NCBI GenBank assembly: GCA_964390045.1
Contig: CAYMGP010000009.1
Span: 183-64,182 of the forward strand
DNA: 64,000 nt
Direction: 5' to 3'
Source of the DNA: an uncultured Spirochaetaceae bacterium
GTDB taxonomy: Bacteria; Spirochaetota; Spirochaetia; SZUA-6; DRHE01
Below are positions 19,762-28,834 of this stretch, one piece after another (the first letter of the stretch is position 1; every line of letters begins with the position of its first letter). The translations under genes were made by a program, and so were the position numbers. The notes under the pieces were generated by a model, which did no database searches, was not told the origin of the DNA, and worked only from the letters and a program-made list of their open reading frames with translations.

Positions 19762-20805
19762 TTACTTCATTGCCTGAATCTTGTCGTACAACGCCATATC
19801 CCAGGCTTTTGAGATGTCTTTGCTCTCGGTGAGATAGGAGTTCTTGGCGTATTCGGCGAAGGCCGCCCTGTCGGGATCTTCGATGATGATCATTCCTTCT
19901 TTCTTGAAGAAGTCGACGAGCTCCGCCTCGGCCTTCAGATTTTGCTGGGCGCAGGCCTCCCTGGCTTTGTCTATCGCCTTCATCACGAGCGCCTGATCCT
20001 CGGGCGTGAGGGACTGCCATTTCTTCTCGTTCATCGAGGGCCACACCGCGTTGACCACGTGATCGGTCAGTATGATGTACTTGGTGACCTCGTAGAACCC
20101 GGCATTCAAGTCGGTGGGAAGGGGGTTGTCCTGGCCCTCGATGGTGCCGGTTTTAAGGCCCATGTACACCTCGCCGAAGCTCATCGGGGTGGGATTGCCG
20201 CCCAGGGCTTTGCCCAGGGCGATCCAGGCCGGGCTGGTCGGGGTTCTCAGCTTGACTCCCTTCATTTGGTCGGGATGCGTCACTGGACCGGCCTTCTCGA
20301 CCAGATTGAGCTGTCTCGTTCCCAGGTAGAAGGCACCGAGGGGCCGTACACCGGTTTTTTGGGCCACGTCTTCGAAGATCTGCTCGCCGATCTCACCGTT
20401 CAACACGCCGTTCATATGGTCGTAGCCGCTGAACGTGTAAACCGCGCCGAGCATGGACAGATAGGGAACGAACTCGGCCAGCCAGTTGGCGCTGAAGTAG
20501 GCCATGTCCAGGCTGCCTTCGCGGCAGGCAGCCAGCTCGGCCTCCTGGGTGAAGATCGCGCCGGATGTGTAGAGCTCTACCGTGAAGCGGTTGTCAGATA
20601 GCTTCTCCAACTCTGTCTTGAACACCCACATCGCTTTGGTGTGGGCGTCCTTCGGCACGCTGATGGAAGACCAGGTGAGCTTCACAGGCTTGGGCGCCGG
20701 CTTTTCCTCCACCACCGGGGCGGGCGCCTCTTTCTCGCCGCCCGCGAAGCAGACGGTGGCAGCCAGTGCAAAAATCACCAGCAAAGCCAGGATTTTGCTT
20801 TTCAT
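19762..20805 (-). CDS. dctP: TRAP substrate-binding protein (DctP/SiaP-like)
   Basis: Signal peptide; GTRQL, KGVKLRT (carboxylate-binding Arg), FGEVY and GQDNP motifs. Confidence 0.9.
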   Translation of the reverse strand: MKSKILALLVIFALAATVCFAGGEKEAPAPVVEEKPAPKPVKLTWSSISVPKDAHTKAMWVFKTELEKLSDNRFTVELYTSGAIFTQEAELAACREGSLDMAYFSANWLAEFVPYLSMLGAVYTFSGYDHMNGVLNGEIGEQIFEDVAQKTGVRPLGAFYLGTRQLNLVEKAGPVTHPDQMKGVKLRTPTSPAWIALGKALGGNPTPMSFGEVYMGLKTGTIEGQDNPLPTDLNAGFYEVTKYIILTDHVVNAVWPSMNEKKWQSLTPEDQALVMKAIDKAREACAQQNLKAEAELVDFFKKEGMIIIEDPDRAAFAEYAKNSYLTESKDISKAWDMALYDKIQAMK

Positions 20806-20847
20806 AAAGCACCTCCTTAGTAGATTTTTATATATACAAACCCAATC

Positions 20848-21600
20848 CTACTCGGGTTTATATCCCAACCGTTTGGAGATCTCCTCCGCCGTGTTCATTA
20901 CCAGAGGGGCGATCGCCTCGATTCGATCTACCGTCATTCGCTGAGAAGGGCCGGATACGCTGATCGAGGCCAGAACCTCGCCCGTGTGGTTGCGAACCGC
21001 GGCTCCCACACAGCGAACCCCTTGCTCGTGTTCCATGTTGTCGATCGCATAGCCGCGGCGCCTGATCTTGGCCAGCTCCGTGTCCAGCTTCTCCCGATCT
21101 GTAATCGTGGCTTCTGTGAACCGAGGCAGGCCCATGCTTTGCACGACCTCCTCAACCGCGTCCTCATCCATGAATGCCAGTATCACCTTACCGACCGAGG
21201 TACAGTGCAGAGGAGCCCGCACCCCGATCACTGAGTAGGTGCGCAGGCGTTTGGTGGATTCGAAACATTCCACGTACAGGACCTCTCTGCCGTCGAGCAC
21301 GGTGAGATAAATCGTCTCGTCGAGCCGCTCGTGTAGCGCTTTCAGGACGGGTATCGCCACCTGGCGGATCTCCAGGTTCTCTTTGGCCTGGTTGCCCAGC
21401 TCGAACAGCTTCAAGCCCAGGCGATACCTGTTTCTATCGAGATCCTTTTCCAGAATGCCCGTTGTCAGGAGGGTGGAGACGATGTCGTGGATGCTGCTCT
21501 TCGGAGATTGGAGCTTCGTGCTGATTTCCGTGATACTCAGGGAATCTTCTGCGCTGAGGGTGTCGAGGATCTGCATAACCCGAACAACGGATTTGACCAT
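20848..21600 (-). CDS. IclR-family transcriptional regulator
   Basis: N-terminal wHTH, PLHCTSVGK and GYAIDNMEHEQGVRCVG motifs. Confidence 0.95.
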   Translation of the reverse strand: MVKSVVRVMQILDTLSAEDSLSITEISTKLQSPKSSIHDIVSTLLTTGILEKDLDRNRYRLGLKLFELGNQAKENLEIRQVAIPVLKALHERLDETIYLTVLDGREVLYVECFESTKRLRTYSVIGVRAPLHCTSVGKVILAFMDEDAVEEVVQSMGLPRFTEATITDREKLDTELAKIRRRGYAIDNMEHEQGVRCVGAAVRNHTGEVLASISVSGPSQRMTVDRIEAIAPLVMNTAEEISKRLGYKPE

Positions 21601-21603
21601 TTG

Positions 21604-21668
21604 GTTCGAAATAACGAACAGCGTTCGCTATTCTGATTCATTATATAATGCCTGTCGGCGCTTGTCAA
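21604..21668 (-). promoter_or_regulatory. Consensus sigma70 promoter with a downstream IclR-type operator
   Basis: TTGACA(21668-21663)-N17-TATAAT(21645-21640); palindrome GTTCG-N6-CGAAC at 21604-21619. Confidence 0.75.
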
Positions 21669-21694
21669 ATATTTCGCGCTTCGCGCTTCGATTC

Positions 21695-22621
21695 TCAAGC
21701 CTCCAGTCCCATCTCCCGCTGGATCTCGGAAGCGGCGTTCGCCTGCTCTTCTGTCAGGGGCAGAAGCGGGGGCCTTTCGTAGCCTCCGGGCAGCCCTGCG
21801 GCGCGCATGATGCTCTTGGTCAGCTGAATGGATTTCCCCACTTCTCGCATGAAGCGAATAAACAGGTTGAAGCGGCGGCTGAGCATCTCGGCAGGTTCGT
21901 ACTCCCCGTCGGCGCAGGCCTTCCAGAGCCGCACAGCCAGCTCGGGAGCGAAATTCCCGGCCAGGGTATAGTAGCCCCTGGTTCCGGCTAATGTGGCCTG
22001 CGGCTCGGTGAGTGGTCCGCCTCCATTCAACGGCAGCAGTCGGTCGGAAAGCGCTTGGACGGTGAACTTGAACTTGAAAAAATCAGGTGTGCAGTCCTTC
22101 AAGCCCACGATCTTTTCCAGGTCCGCCAGCTCGTCGAGAACTTTCAGCGGGATGTCGACACAGACCTGGACATTGTTATACAACACCACGCCGATGTCGA
22201 TGCTGCTCGTGACGCTGTGATAGAACTCTACGATCTCTTCGTCACTGGGCGGGAAATAGAAGGGCGGCATGACGAGCACCCCATCGGCGCCCTGCTCCTG
22301 GGCACTCCGGCAGTACTCGATCACGGTCCCCGTATCGGTGGCATTGCAGCCCACCACAACGGGGACCCGCCCGGCGGCCTGCTCGACCGCGGCTGCTACG
22401 ATGCTCTCCCGCTCCTCGGAATTCACGGAGAAACATTCGCTCATGCTCCCCAGAGCAACCAGGACCCCGGTGCCCTCACGAATCCCCTTTTCTATCAGAA
22501 AATCGGTCAGCTGCCCTACCATGGGGATGCTTACTCTGCGCTCCTCGTCGAAAGGAGTCACCATAATCACGTGAACACCGTGCAGACGGTTCTGAAGTTC
22601 TTTCGGCTCTGTATGGGCCAC
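21695..22621 (-). CDS. DapA-family aldolase or dehydratase (divergent)
   Basis: TPF, GSMSE, PPFY, YNN and GLKD motifs. Confidence 0.85.
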   Translation of the reverse strand: MAHTEPKELQNRLHGVHVIMVTPFDEERRVSIPMVGQLTDFLIEKGIREGTGVLVALGSMSECFSVNSEERESIVAAAVEQAAGRVPVVVGCNATDTGTVIEYCRSAQEQGADGVLVMPPFYFPPSDEEIVEFYHSVTSSIDIGVVLYNNVQVCVDIPLKVLDELADLEKIVGLKDCTPDFFKFKFTVQALSDRLLPLNGGGPLTEPQATLAGTRGYYTLAGNFAPELAVRLWKACADGEYEPAEMLSRRFNLFIRFMREVGKSIQLTKSIMRAAGLPGGYERPPLLPLTEEQANAASEIQREMGLEA

Positions 22622-22634
22622 CTCGAAAACCTCG

Positions 22635-23543
22635 CTACAGAACTTTCAGGCGTACGAGATGCTTTTTGATCGCTTCCCTTTCCTCCGCCGTGGCCGGATC
22701 GAGGGGAAGACGGGGAGGGCCTACAGGATGGCCGGCCAGCTCGAGCGCCGCCTTCAAGACAGGAATGGGATTCACCCGCCCACCGGGGCAGAGCGCTTTG
22801 AAGAAGGGATCGAGGGCCATGTGGATCGCCCTTGCCTGTTCAACCTCGCCGCCGAGGAACAGATCGATCATTCTGCGTATCCTGTCGCCCAGCAAATGGG
22901 AGCCGCCGCTGATTACCCCGGCCGCGCCCTGCACCATGCCGCAGAGGATCATGATATCGTCGCCGTCGTAGATGACAAAATCCTCGGGGGTGGCCAGAGC
23001 GTATTCGGTCATCTGGGTGGGGTTGATGCCCAGCTCGTCTTTGATTCCCCGTACATTGGCAATCCGCGCCAGCCTGGCCACCGTCTCGGTATCGATGTTC
23101 ACCCCGCAGAACAGCGGGATGTTGTACAGGACGACCGGCAGTTTCGTGTTTTTCGCGATGGTCTCAAAATGCCTGTAGATCCCCTCCTGGCTGGGCTTGC
23201 AGTAGTAGGGGGACACCACCATGGCTGCGGCATAGCCCAGTTTTTCCGCCTCCTGAGTGAGTCTCAGAGCCTGGGCGGTGGAGCTGGCCCCTGTACCTGC
23301 CAGCAGAGGGACCCTGCCGGCGGCCGCGCCCTTTACAACACCGTACAGCTCTATCCTCTCCTCGTCATTGAGGGCGTGGAATTCCCCTGTTGTACCGGCC
23401 ACCAGGATGGAATCGCAGTACTTCTTCGTGATCAGGTGATCGACGAGTTTCTCCGCCTCCCCGTAGTTCAGGTCCCCCTGCTCGGTGAAGGGGGTGAGCA
23501 GCGGTATGATGATTGTTCCCAAGGTATCGCTCAATGGTTTCAT
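22635..23543 (-). CDS. DapA-family aldolase
   Basis: GTTGE, PYY, YNIP, GIKD and NPIPV motifs; lacks the DapA Arg after YNIP. Confidence 0.85.
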   Translation of the reverse strand: MKPLSDTLGTIIIPLLTPFTEQGDLNYGEAEKLVDHLITKKYCDSILVAGTTGEFHALNDEERIELYGVVKGAAAGRVPLLAGTGASSTAQALRLTQEAEKLGYAAAMVVSPYYCKPSQEGIYRHFETIAKNTKLPVVLYNIPLFCGVNIDTETVARLARIANVRGIKDELGINPTQMTEYALATPEDFVIYDGDDIMILCGMVQGAAGVISGGSHLLGDRIRRMIDLFLGGEVEQARAIHMALDPFFKALCPGGRVNPIPVLKAALELAGHPVGPPRLPLDPATAEEREAIKKHLVRLKVL

Positions 23544-23606
23544 TGGATCCTCCCAATTTTATTATTCATAGACACGGCATATATTATAGTACCGTAGCGC
23601 TGTTTT

Positions 23607-24743
23607 GTGAAATTCACCACCGCAGCGGATCAGGATATAATCGAAAAGATGCTTGAAAAAAAGTACAGGTTTTTCGAGGATTTCTGGGCCGGCCAAGGCT
23701 CCTGCCCAATCCTGTTTAGCGAGCCCCACCTGGCCAAAGGGCGGGCCTATAGAAAGCACGACCTGGTGGAGCAGCACGGTGACGTGGACAAGCTTCTCGA
23801 GGACAATCTGCTCGACGTGGAGCCGCATCTGGACCTGATCGACGACGGCATCCCCACGATCCGGCCCGACTTGGGCACCACCCTCCTGCCCAGCGGTCTC
23901 GGGCTCGAGATCGAGATTCAGCCCGACCAGCATCCCTGGCTGAAGAGCCGCCTCTCGGTGCCCGAGTACCTGAGCCTTCCCGAGCTGGACGAGGGGCATA
24001 TCCAACAGGGAGAAATTCCCCTGGCCACGGAGTTCTACAGCCGTTTTGAGAAGAGCAGAGCGGCGGGCGCGATCCGGCGGGAAATCATGCCCTACGTGCC
24101 GGACACCCAGGGGATCTTCGATCTCTCCCACCTGATCATCGGCTCCGATCTCCTGCTTCTCTGCCACGATCGGCCCGAGGCGGTTCACCGGGTGCAGGAG
24201 AGAAGCCTCGAGCTTTTCCTGACGGCGACCCGGCTATTCAAGAGACTCGTGGGCGAAGGCCGGATCGCAATGGTGCACGGCCACGGCATGCCGATTGGTG
24301 TCTGGTTTCCCGACACGGGTGCCAGAATCAGCGAGGACAGCGCCACCTTGATCTCAGATGTCATGATCGGGGAGTTCTGCCTGCCCTACATCCGCAGAGC
24401 CGTACAGCCCTTCGGCCGGGGATTCCTGCACTTCTGCGGCCATCATCCGGGCTTCCTGAAGATGGTCTGCCGGATGCCTGAGATCTCGACCCTCAACCTG
24501 GGGAATCCGGAGAGCTACGATCTGGAGGAATTGTTCGCTCTGTGCGGCGAGACGGGCACCGTTTATTTCGGCCACCTGCCCCTGCTGGGCGGCGAAGACG
24601 GCCCCGGCTACCTCGAGCGCCTCGCCGATCTCTGCCGGCGCACGGGTTCCCGGCTGATCCTCGTATCGGAGTACAAGGCGGCGGGCCGGGAAGAGAAGAG
24701 CGCTCTGGTAAAACGTTGGCACAACCTGACTCGCTTAGGATAG
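23607..24743 (+). CDS. UroD/MtaA-superfamily-like protein
   Basis: PDTQGIFD, ED..TLIS..M..EF.LPY and LHFCG motifs; divergent from the aldolase genes. Confidence 0.65.
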   Translation: MKFTTAADQDIIEKMLEKKYRFFEDFWAGQGSCPILFSEPHLAKGRAYRKHDLVEQHGDVDKLLEDNLLDVEPHLDLIDDGIPTIRPDLGTTLLPSGLGLEIEIQPDQHPWLKSRLSVPEYLSLPELDEGHIQQGEIPLATEFYSRFEKSRAAGAIRREIMPYVPDTQGIFDLSHLIIGSDLLLLCHDRPEAVHRVQERSLELFLTATRLFKRLVGEGRIAMVHGHGMPIGVWFPDTGARISEDSATLISDVMIGEFCLPYIRRAVQPFGRGFLHFCGHHPGFLKMVCRMPEISTLNLGNPESYDLEELFALCGETGTVYFGHLPLLGGEDGPGYLERLADLCRRTGSRLILVSEYKAAGREEKSALVKRWHNLTRLG

Positions 24744-24813
24744 GGCGAAGATCGGCAGCGGTCGGTGAGGCGCAGAACGAGCGATCGATAAGCAACGAAG
24801 TGGAGGACGAGCA

Positions 24814-25143
24814 ATGACAACCTACGATGAGTTTCTCAATGTCGAGATTCGAGCGGGGACTGTGCTGCGAGCCGAGGAGTTTCCCGAGGCCCGCAATCCG
24901 GCGATCAAGATGTGGATCGACTTCGGCGAGCTGGGCGTCATGACCTCCAGCGCCCAGATCACGAAACGCTATACAGCGCAGCAGCTCGAAGGCAGACAGG
25001 TGCTGGCCGTAACCAACTTTTCTCCCAGGACAGTGGCCGGATTTTCCTCTCAGGTCCTCGTCCTGGGCGCCATCCCCGGGCAGGGTGATGTAGTGCTGGT
25101 AAAGCCGGACGAAGAGGTAAGCCCGGGAACCCGGGTGTTGTAG
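24814..25143 (+). CDS. csaA: tRNA-binding / export chaperone CsaA
   Basis: EIRAGTV, FPEARNPA, SSAQIT and NF.P..AGF.S.VLVLG motifs. Confidence 0.9.
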   Translation: MTTYDEFLNVEIRAGTVLRAEEFPEARNPAIKMWIDFGELGVMTSSAQITKRYTAQQLEGRQVLAVTNFSPRTVAGFSSQVLVLGAIPGQGDVVLVKPDEEVSPGTRVL

Positions 25144-25163
25144 AGCCTTTCCGGCGGCGGGGC

Positions 25164-26732
25164 TCAGCCTGTCCCGGCAGTCGCCTGTTCCCCCTTGCGC
25201 GTAGTTCGGCGCAGGCTGCGAATCGTCCGCTGGTAGCGTGACAGCTTCCCGCCGTCCACCAGGTGAGCGGAAAACACGGCCTCCTCGAAAACATCGACTA
25301 CGAAAGCCAGCTGCGCCCTGCAGGCGGGAAGAGCGGCGCTCAGCCTGCCCGTATACTCCTGCGGTGTGTTGAACGAGAAGTAGGGAACACCCCGGCTCTC
25401 CCCCCATTGAATCAGGGAAAGGAAAGATCTGAGGACCCTGCCCATCTGCAGTTTTTTTCTCAGTGAAGGTCGGGCGGACGAGCCGCTGCGGCCAGCTTTG
25501 CGGTTGACAGGCTGTGCGTTTTGCTCGACGGTCAGCTGAGGGGCCGAGCGGAGCAGGCGCAGCCGTCTCGCCAGACGCCGCAGCAGCAGGATACAGAAGC
25601 GCAGGAAGCGACCAAGCTTTCGCGCCAAGCTATGGAGGGGCTTCAGCGCCCGCAGGCGGGCCACGAAGTCTTCGGAAAACAGGGGCGAGGCGATGAACAG
25701 GAACAGGCCGGTACCGAGCAGTGTGATGAACAGCCGGCGCAGGAGCTCGGCGACAATGAACACCAGAGGACCGAAGGAGGGGGGCTGCTGCCTCATGAAG
25801 GATACGTAGTCTCGCTGCCGCGCTATCAGGGCGCGCTGAAGCGTATCGTTCAGGACAGGAGCTCCTTTGAAATGCAGCAGGGAATCGATTTTTCTCAATA
25901 GAGCGATCAATGCAGAAAGGGGCAGCAGGGAAACGTCCCGCGCCGCCAGAGCGATTACGGCAGCGGCGAGAAGAAGAAGCGCCAGGCAGTGGAAAAATCT
26001 CCTTGCTTCGAAGCGCAGGGAAGCCGGGATTCCCGCTCCAAGAAGCAGCTGTTCATCGATGAAATGATGCAGCATTCCGATTACCAGTAGTCCGCCAAGG
26101 GTGTGACAGGCGACTATCCCGGCCCCCGCGAGGGTGAGCTTTCTACCGAGCAGGGTGGCTGTAATGAGGAGAGCAAAAATCACAACCTGAAAGAAAACCA
26201 CAAATATTTTTACCCTTCGTACCCGCCGCATGGTAAGCCCCGCCTGGTAGGAGGAGTCTCTCAACTTGTGCCTCAACGCCGCGCCCCGTTGCCCGGCTAT
26301 CGTGCCGAAGAGGATCTCTCTTTGCCGCAGGCTCGAATGCACTCCTGCCGAGACCAGCCACTGCAGCAGAACGAGCGCCATCGGGTAGATCAGATCTACG
26401 GAAACGGCAAAGCCCCGCCCCGAGGAAACAGCGTGCAGGATGAATAGGCCGGAAAACGCCGCCGCTAAAATTAAACAGAGCTCCCGAAAACGTGCGATCA
26501 GGGAGGCCCGTTCTCGAAACAAAAGATTCCCGACGATCGGCTCTTCTATTGCTATGGTCATCAGCAGGGGTGCGATAAAGCGGGGGAAAAACGAGACCTG
26601 GGGCAGCAGGACCCGCAGGATCTGATCCATGCCGAGCAGAAAGAGCAGGGGCACGAAAATGGCCACGAGAGGATGCACTACGGATCTGTGCACTTTCAGG
26701 TAGCGACTGTCAGCGGAACAGCTCATTTCCAA
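25164..26732 (-). CDS. Multi-TM protein with a C-terminal DUF4129-like domain (start uncertain)
   Basis: Many TM segments; TPQEY..FEEAVFS near the C-terminus; follows moxR-DUF58. Confidence 0.7.
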   Translation of the reverse strand: MEMSCSADSRYLKVHRSVVHPLVAIFVPLLFLLGMDQILRVLLPQVSFFPRFIAPLLMTIAIEEPIVGNLLFRERASLIARFRELCLILAAAFSGLFILHAVSSGRGFAVSVDLIYPMALVLLQWLVSAGVHSSLRQREILFGTIAGQRGAALRHKLRDSSYQAGLTMRRVRRVKIFVVFFQVVIFALLITATLLGRKLTLAGAGIVACHTLGGLLVIGMLHHFIDEQLLLGAGIPASLRFEARRFFHCLALLLLAAAVIALAARDVSLLPLSALIALLRKIDSLLHFKGAPVLNDTLQRALIARQRDYVSFMRQQPPSFGPLVFIVAELLRRLFITLLGTGLFLFIASPLFSEDFVARLRALKPLHSLARKLGRFLRFCILLLRRLARRLRLLRSAPQLTVEQNAQPVNRKAGRSGSSARPSLRKKLQMGRVLRSFLSLIQWGESRGVPYFSFNTPQEYTGRLSAALPACRAQLAFVVDVFEEAVFSAHLVDGGKLSRYQRTIRSLRRTTRKGEQATAGTG

Positions 26733-27876
26733 AATCCTGTACTGTGAAGATCCTGAACTCCTTGGCCCTTGTTTGTCCGTTTTTCAGATGTTCGCTTCCC
26801 AGCATGAACAGCTCTACGCTGCAGCCCATTTCCCTCAACCGGCGCAGGCGCTGCCATTGTTCGTCGGAGAGGTTCGGTGTTATCACCTCAACGCGTGTGC
26901 GCACCGGGATTTCGAGGCCCGCCTCGAAGGGCAGCCGCGTGACATCCAGCTCTCCGCTGGAGGCCTCCATGCGGGCCAGCATCTCCAACAGGAGCATGGC
27001 ATGCTCGTGGGTACCCCGGATCTCCGCTGCGGGAGCACGTCCCGCTTGGTCGAGCTTGGCCGCGGCGATCAGACCGACCTCCTGGTGCAGGGCGAGGAAG
27101 TGAGCTACCAGGGAGGCAGCCAGGGCAGCGGCCCGCTCGATCCTGTGGTAGCGGAGGCGCATCGGGTACTCCTCGCTGTTCAGGTTGAGAAGGATGAGCA
27201 CCGGTGTGCTCAGCAGGGGCAGGTATTCCACTACCTGCAGGCGGCCGCTTTTGGCCGAGACCTTCCAGTTGATCCGCCGCAGCTCGTCTCCCGGAAGATA
27301 GTCTCGCAGCGACCGGTAGCGGGTCACATCTTCATAGATCCTGTTTTCCACCCGAATCGTGCCCGCCGGTATTCCGGCAGGGGTAGGGAGGGAAACGGGC
27401 AGGATCTCGGGGTAGACGATCAGCGTCTGCCTCTCCAGCGCCTGTTTTTTGAAGGGGAAGAGTCCCAGGGGATCGGAGCCTTGCATCACCGCAGGGCCGA
27501 GGAAATACTCTCCCCGCTGCTGGCTTTCGATCCGGTAGCTCAACATCTTCCTCTCGCCGGGCCGCAGTTCTATCAAAAAGTTGCCCGGTTCGGAGACAAA
27601 AAAATAGTTTGCCGCGTCGAGTATATTCAGGTAGGTCACGGGAAGGGGGGATCGATTTTCCACGATCAGTGTGATCTGGGCCGGCTCGAAGCGATACGTC
27701 CGCAGCAGGAGCTCCTTCCTGCGCACCGTTACGTATCGCCTCGCCAGCAGGGAGTAGAGCCAGGAGAGCACGATGAGTGCAATATAGATCAGAGCTACAA
27801 ACTGAAGGGTACGCAGGGGGGAGAACAGAACAACAATCAGGAGCAGCAGGATGAGCAGGACTCGGGAAGCTGTCAC
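26710..27876 (-). CDS. DUF58 protein
   Basis: RGEY, DPLGLF, VYP and LRDY.PGD.LRRINWK.SAK motifs. Confidence 0.9.
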   Translation of the reverse strand: MTASRVLLILLLLIVVLFSPLRTLQFVALIYIALIVLSWLYSLLARRYVTVRRKELLLRTYRFEPAQITLIVENRSPLPVTYLNILDAANYFFVSEPGNFLIELRPGERKMLSYRIESQQRGEYFLGPAVMQGSDPLGLFPFKKQALERQTLIVYPEILPVSLPTPAGIPAGTIRVENRIYEDVTRYRSLRDYLPGDELRRINWKVSAKSGRLQVVEYLPLLSTPVLILLNLNSEEYPMRLRYHRIERAAALAASLVAHFLALHQEVGLIAAAKLDQAGRAPAAEIRGTHEHAMLLLEMLARMEASSGELDVTRLPFEAGLEIPVRTRVEVITPNLSDEQWQRLRRLREMGCSVELFMLGSEHLKNGQTRAKEFRIFTVQDFGNELFR

Positions 27877-28826
27877 CGCGCGGCCTTTACGATCGGCACC
27901 TCCACTCTGTCGACGGCCTCTTTGAGGAGCTCCTCGGCGCTGATTCCCTTGACCAGGTGCTCCGAGCGCACGATCACCCGTTTGGCACAGATGGGAATGA
28001 TCAGCTCTTTCACATCTTCGGGAATCACGTAGTCCCGGCCCCGGACGGCGGCCAGGGCTTGAGCGCCCTTGTAGAGCGCCAGGGAGCCCCGCGGAGACAC
28101 ACCGAGGCGCAGGCGATACTCTTTACGCGTCTGTTCCGTGATATCGAGGATGTAGCTTTGCAGGGCTGCATTCACGTGCACCTCGACCACCCGCTTCTGC
28201 ATCTCGAGAACGGTTTCCAGCTCGGTTACCGCTTCGATATCGGAGACGGGGTGCGTCACCCTTCTCTGACTCTCCAGGATGTCCTGCTCCGAGACACGGT
28301 CCGGGTAGCCGATCTTCAATGCGAGAAAGAACCTGTCCTTCTGGGCTTCGGGCAGGGGAAAGGTGCCCTCGAACTCCACTGGATTTTCAGTCGCCATGAG
28401 GAAGAAGGGCTCGGGCAGGGCAATTTGCCGTCCGTCCACGCTGATTTGGTTCTCCGCCATGGCTTCGAGCAGGGCGGACTGGGTGCGCGGTGTGGCTCTG
28501 TTGATTTCATCGACGAGCAGGACATTGCTCAGGATAGGCCCTTCCCGGAAGGTAAAATCCCCGCTTTTCGGGTTGTATACGGAGACTCCCAGGACATCGG
28601 TGGGCAGGAGGTCAGGGGTACACTGAATTCGTTTAAAGCTTCCGCCGAGGCTTCTGCCCAAAGCCCGGGCGGCGATCGTTTTCCCTACACCGGGAACATC
28701 CTCGATCAGCACGTGACCCCGGCACAGCAGGGCGATGAGCAGCTTCTCGATCACCTCCGCCTTGCCGAAGAAGGCTTTTTCTGTGGATTTCTTGATCCCT
28801 TTCGCCCACTCGCTAACCGCTTTCAC
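27873..28826 (-). CDS. moxR: MoxR-family AAA+ ATPase
   Basis: EDVPGVGKT, RIQCTPDLLP, DEINRA, EGTFPLPEAQ.DRF and SPR motifs. Confidence 0.95.
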   Translation of the reverse strand: MKAVSEWAKGIKKSTEKAFFGKAEVIEKLLIALLCRGHVLIEDVPGVGKTIAARALGRSLGGSFKRIQCTPDLLPTDVLGVSVYNPKSGDFTFREGPILSNVLLVDEINRATPRTQSALLEAMAENQISVDGRQIALPEPFFLMATENPVEFEGTFPLPEAQKDRFFLALKIGYPDRVSEQDILESQRRVTHPVSDIEAVTELETVLEMQKRVVEVHVNAALQSYILDITEQTRKEYRLRLGVSPRGSLALYKGAQALAAVRGRDYVIPEDVKELIIPICAKRVIVRSEHLVKGISAEELLKEAVDRVEVPIVKAAR

Positions 28827-28834
28827 CGCTTGGA

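Noticed and set aside
25164-28826. MoxR-DUF58-DUF4129 operon as a novel system
   Set aside because: Widespread, well-known gene arrangement.
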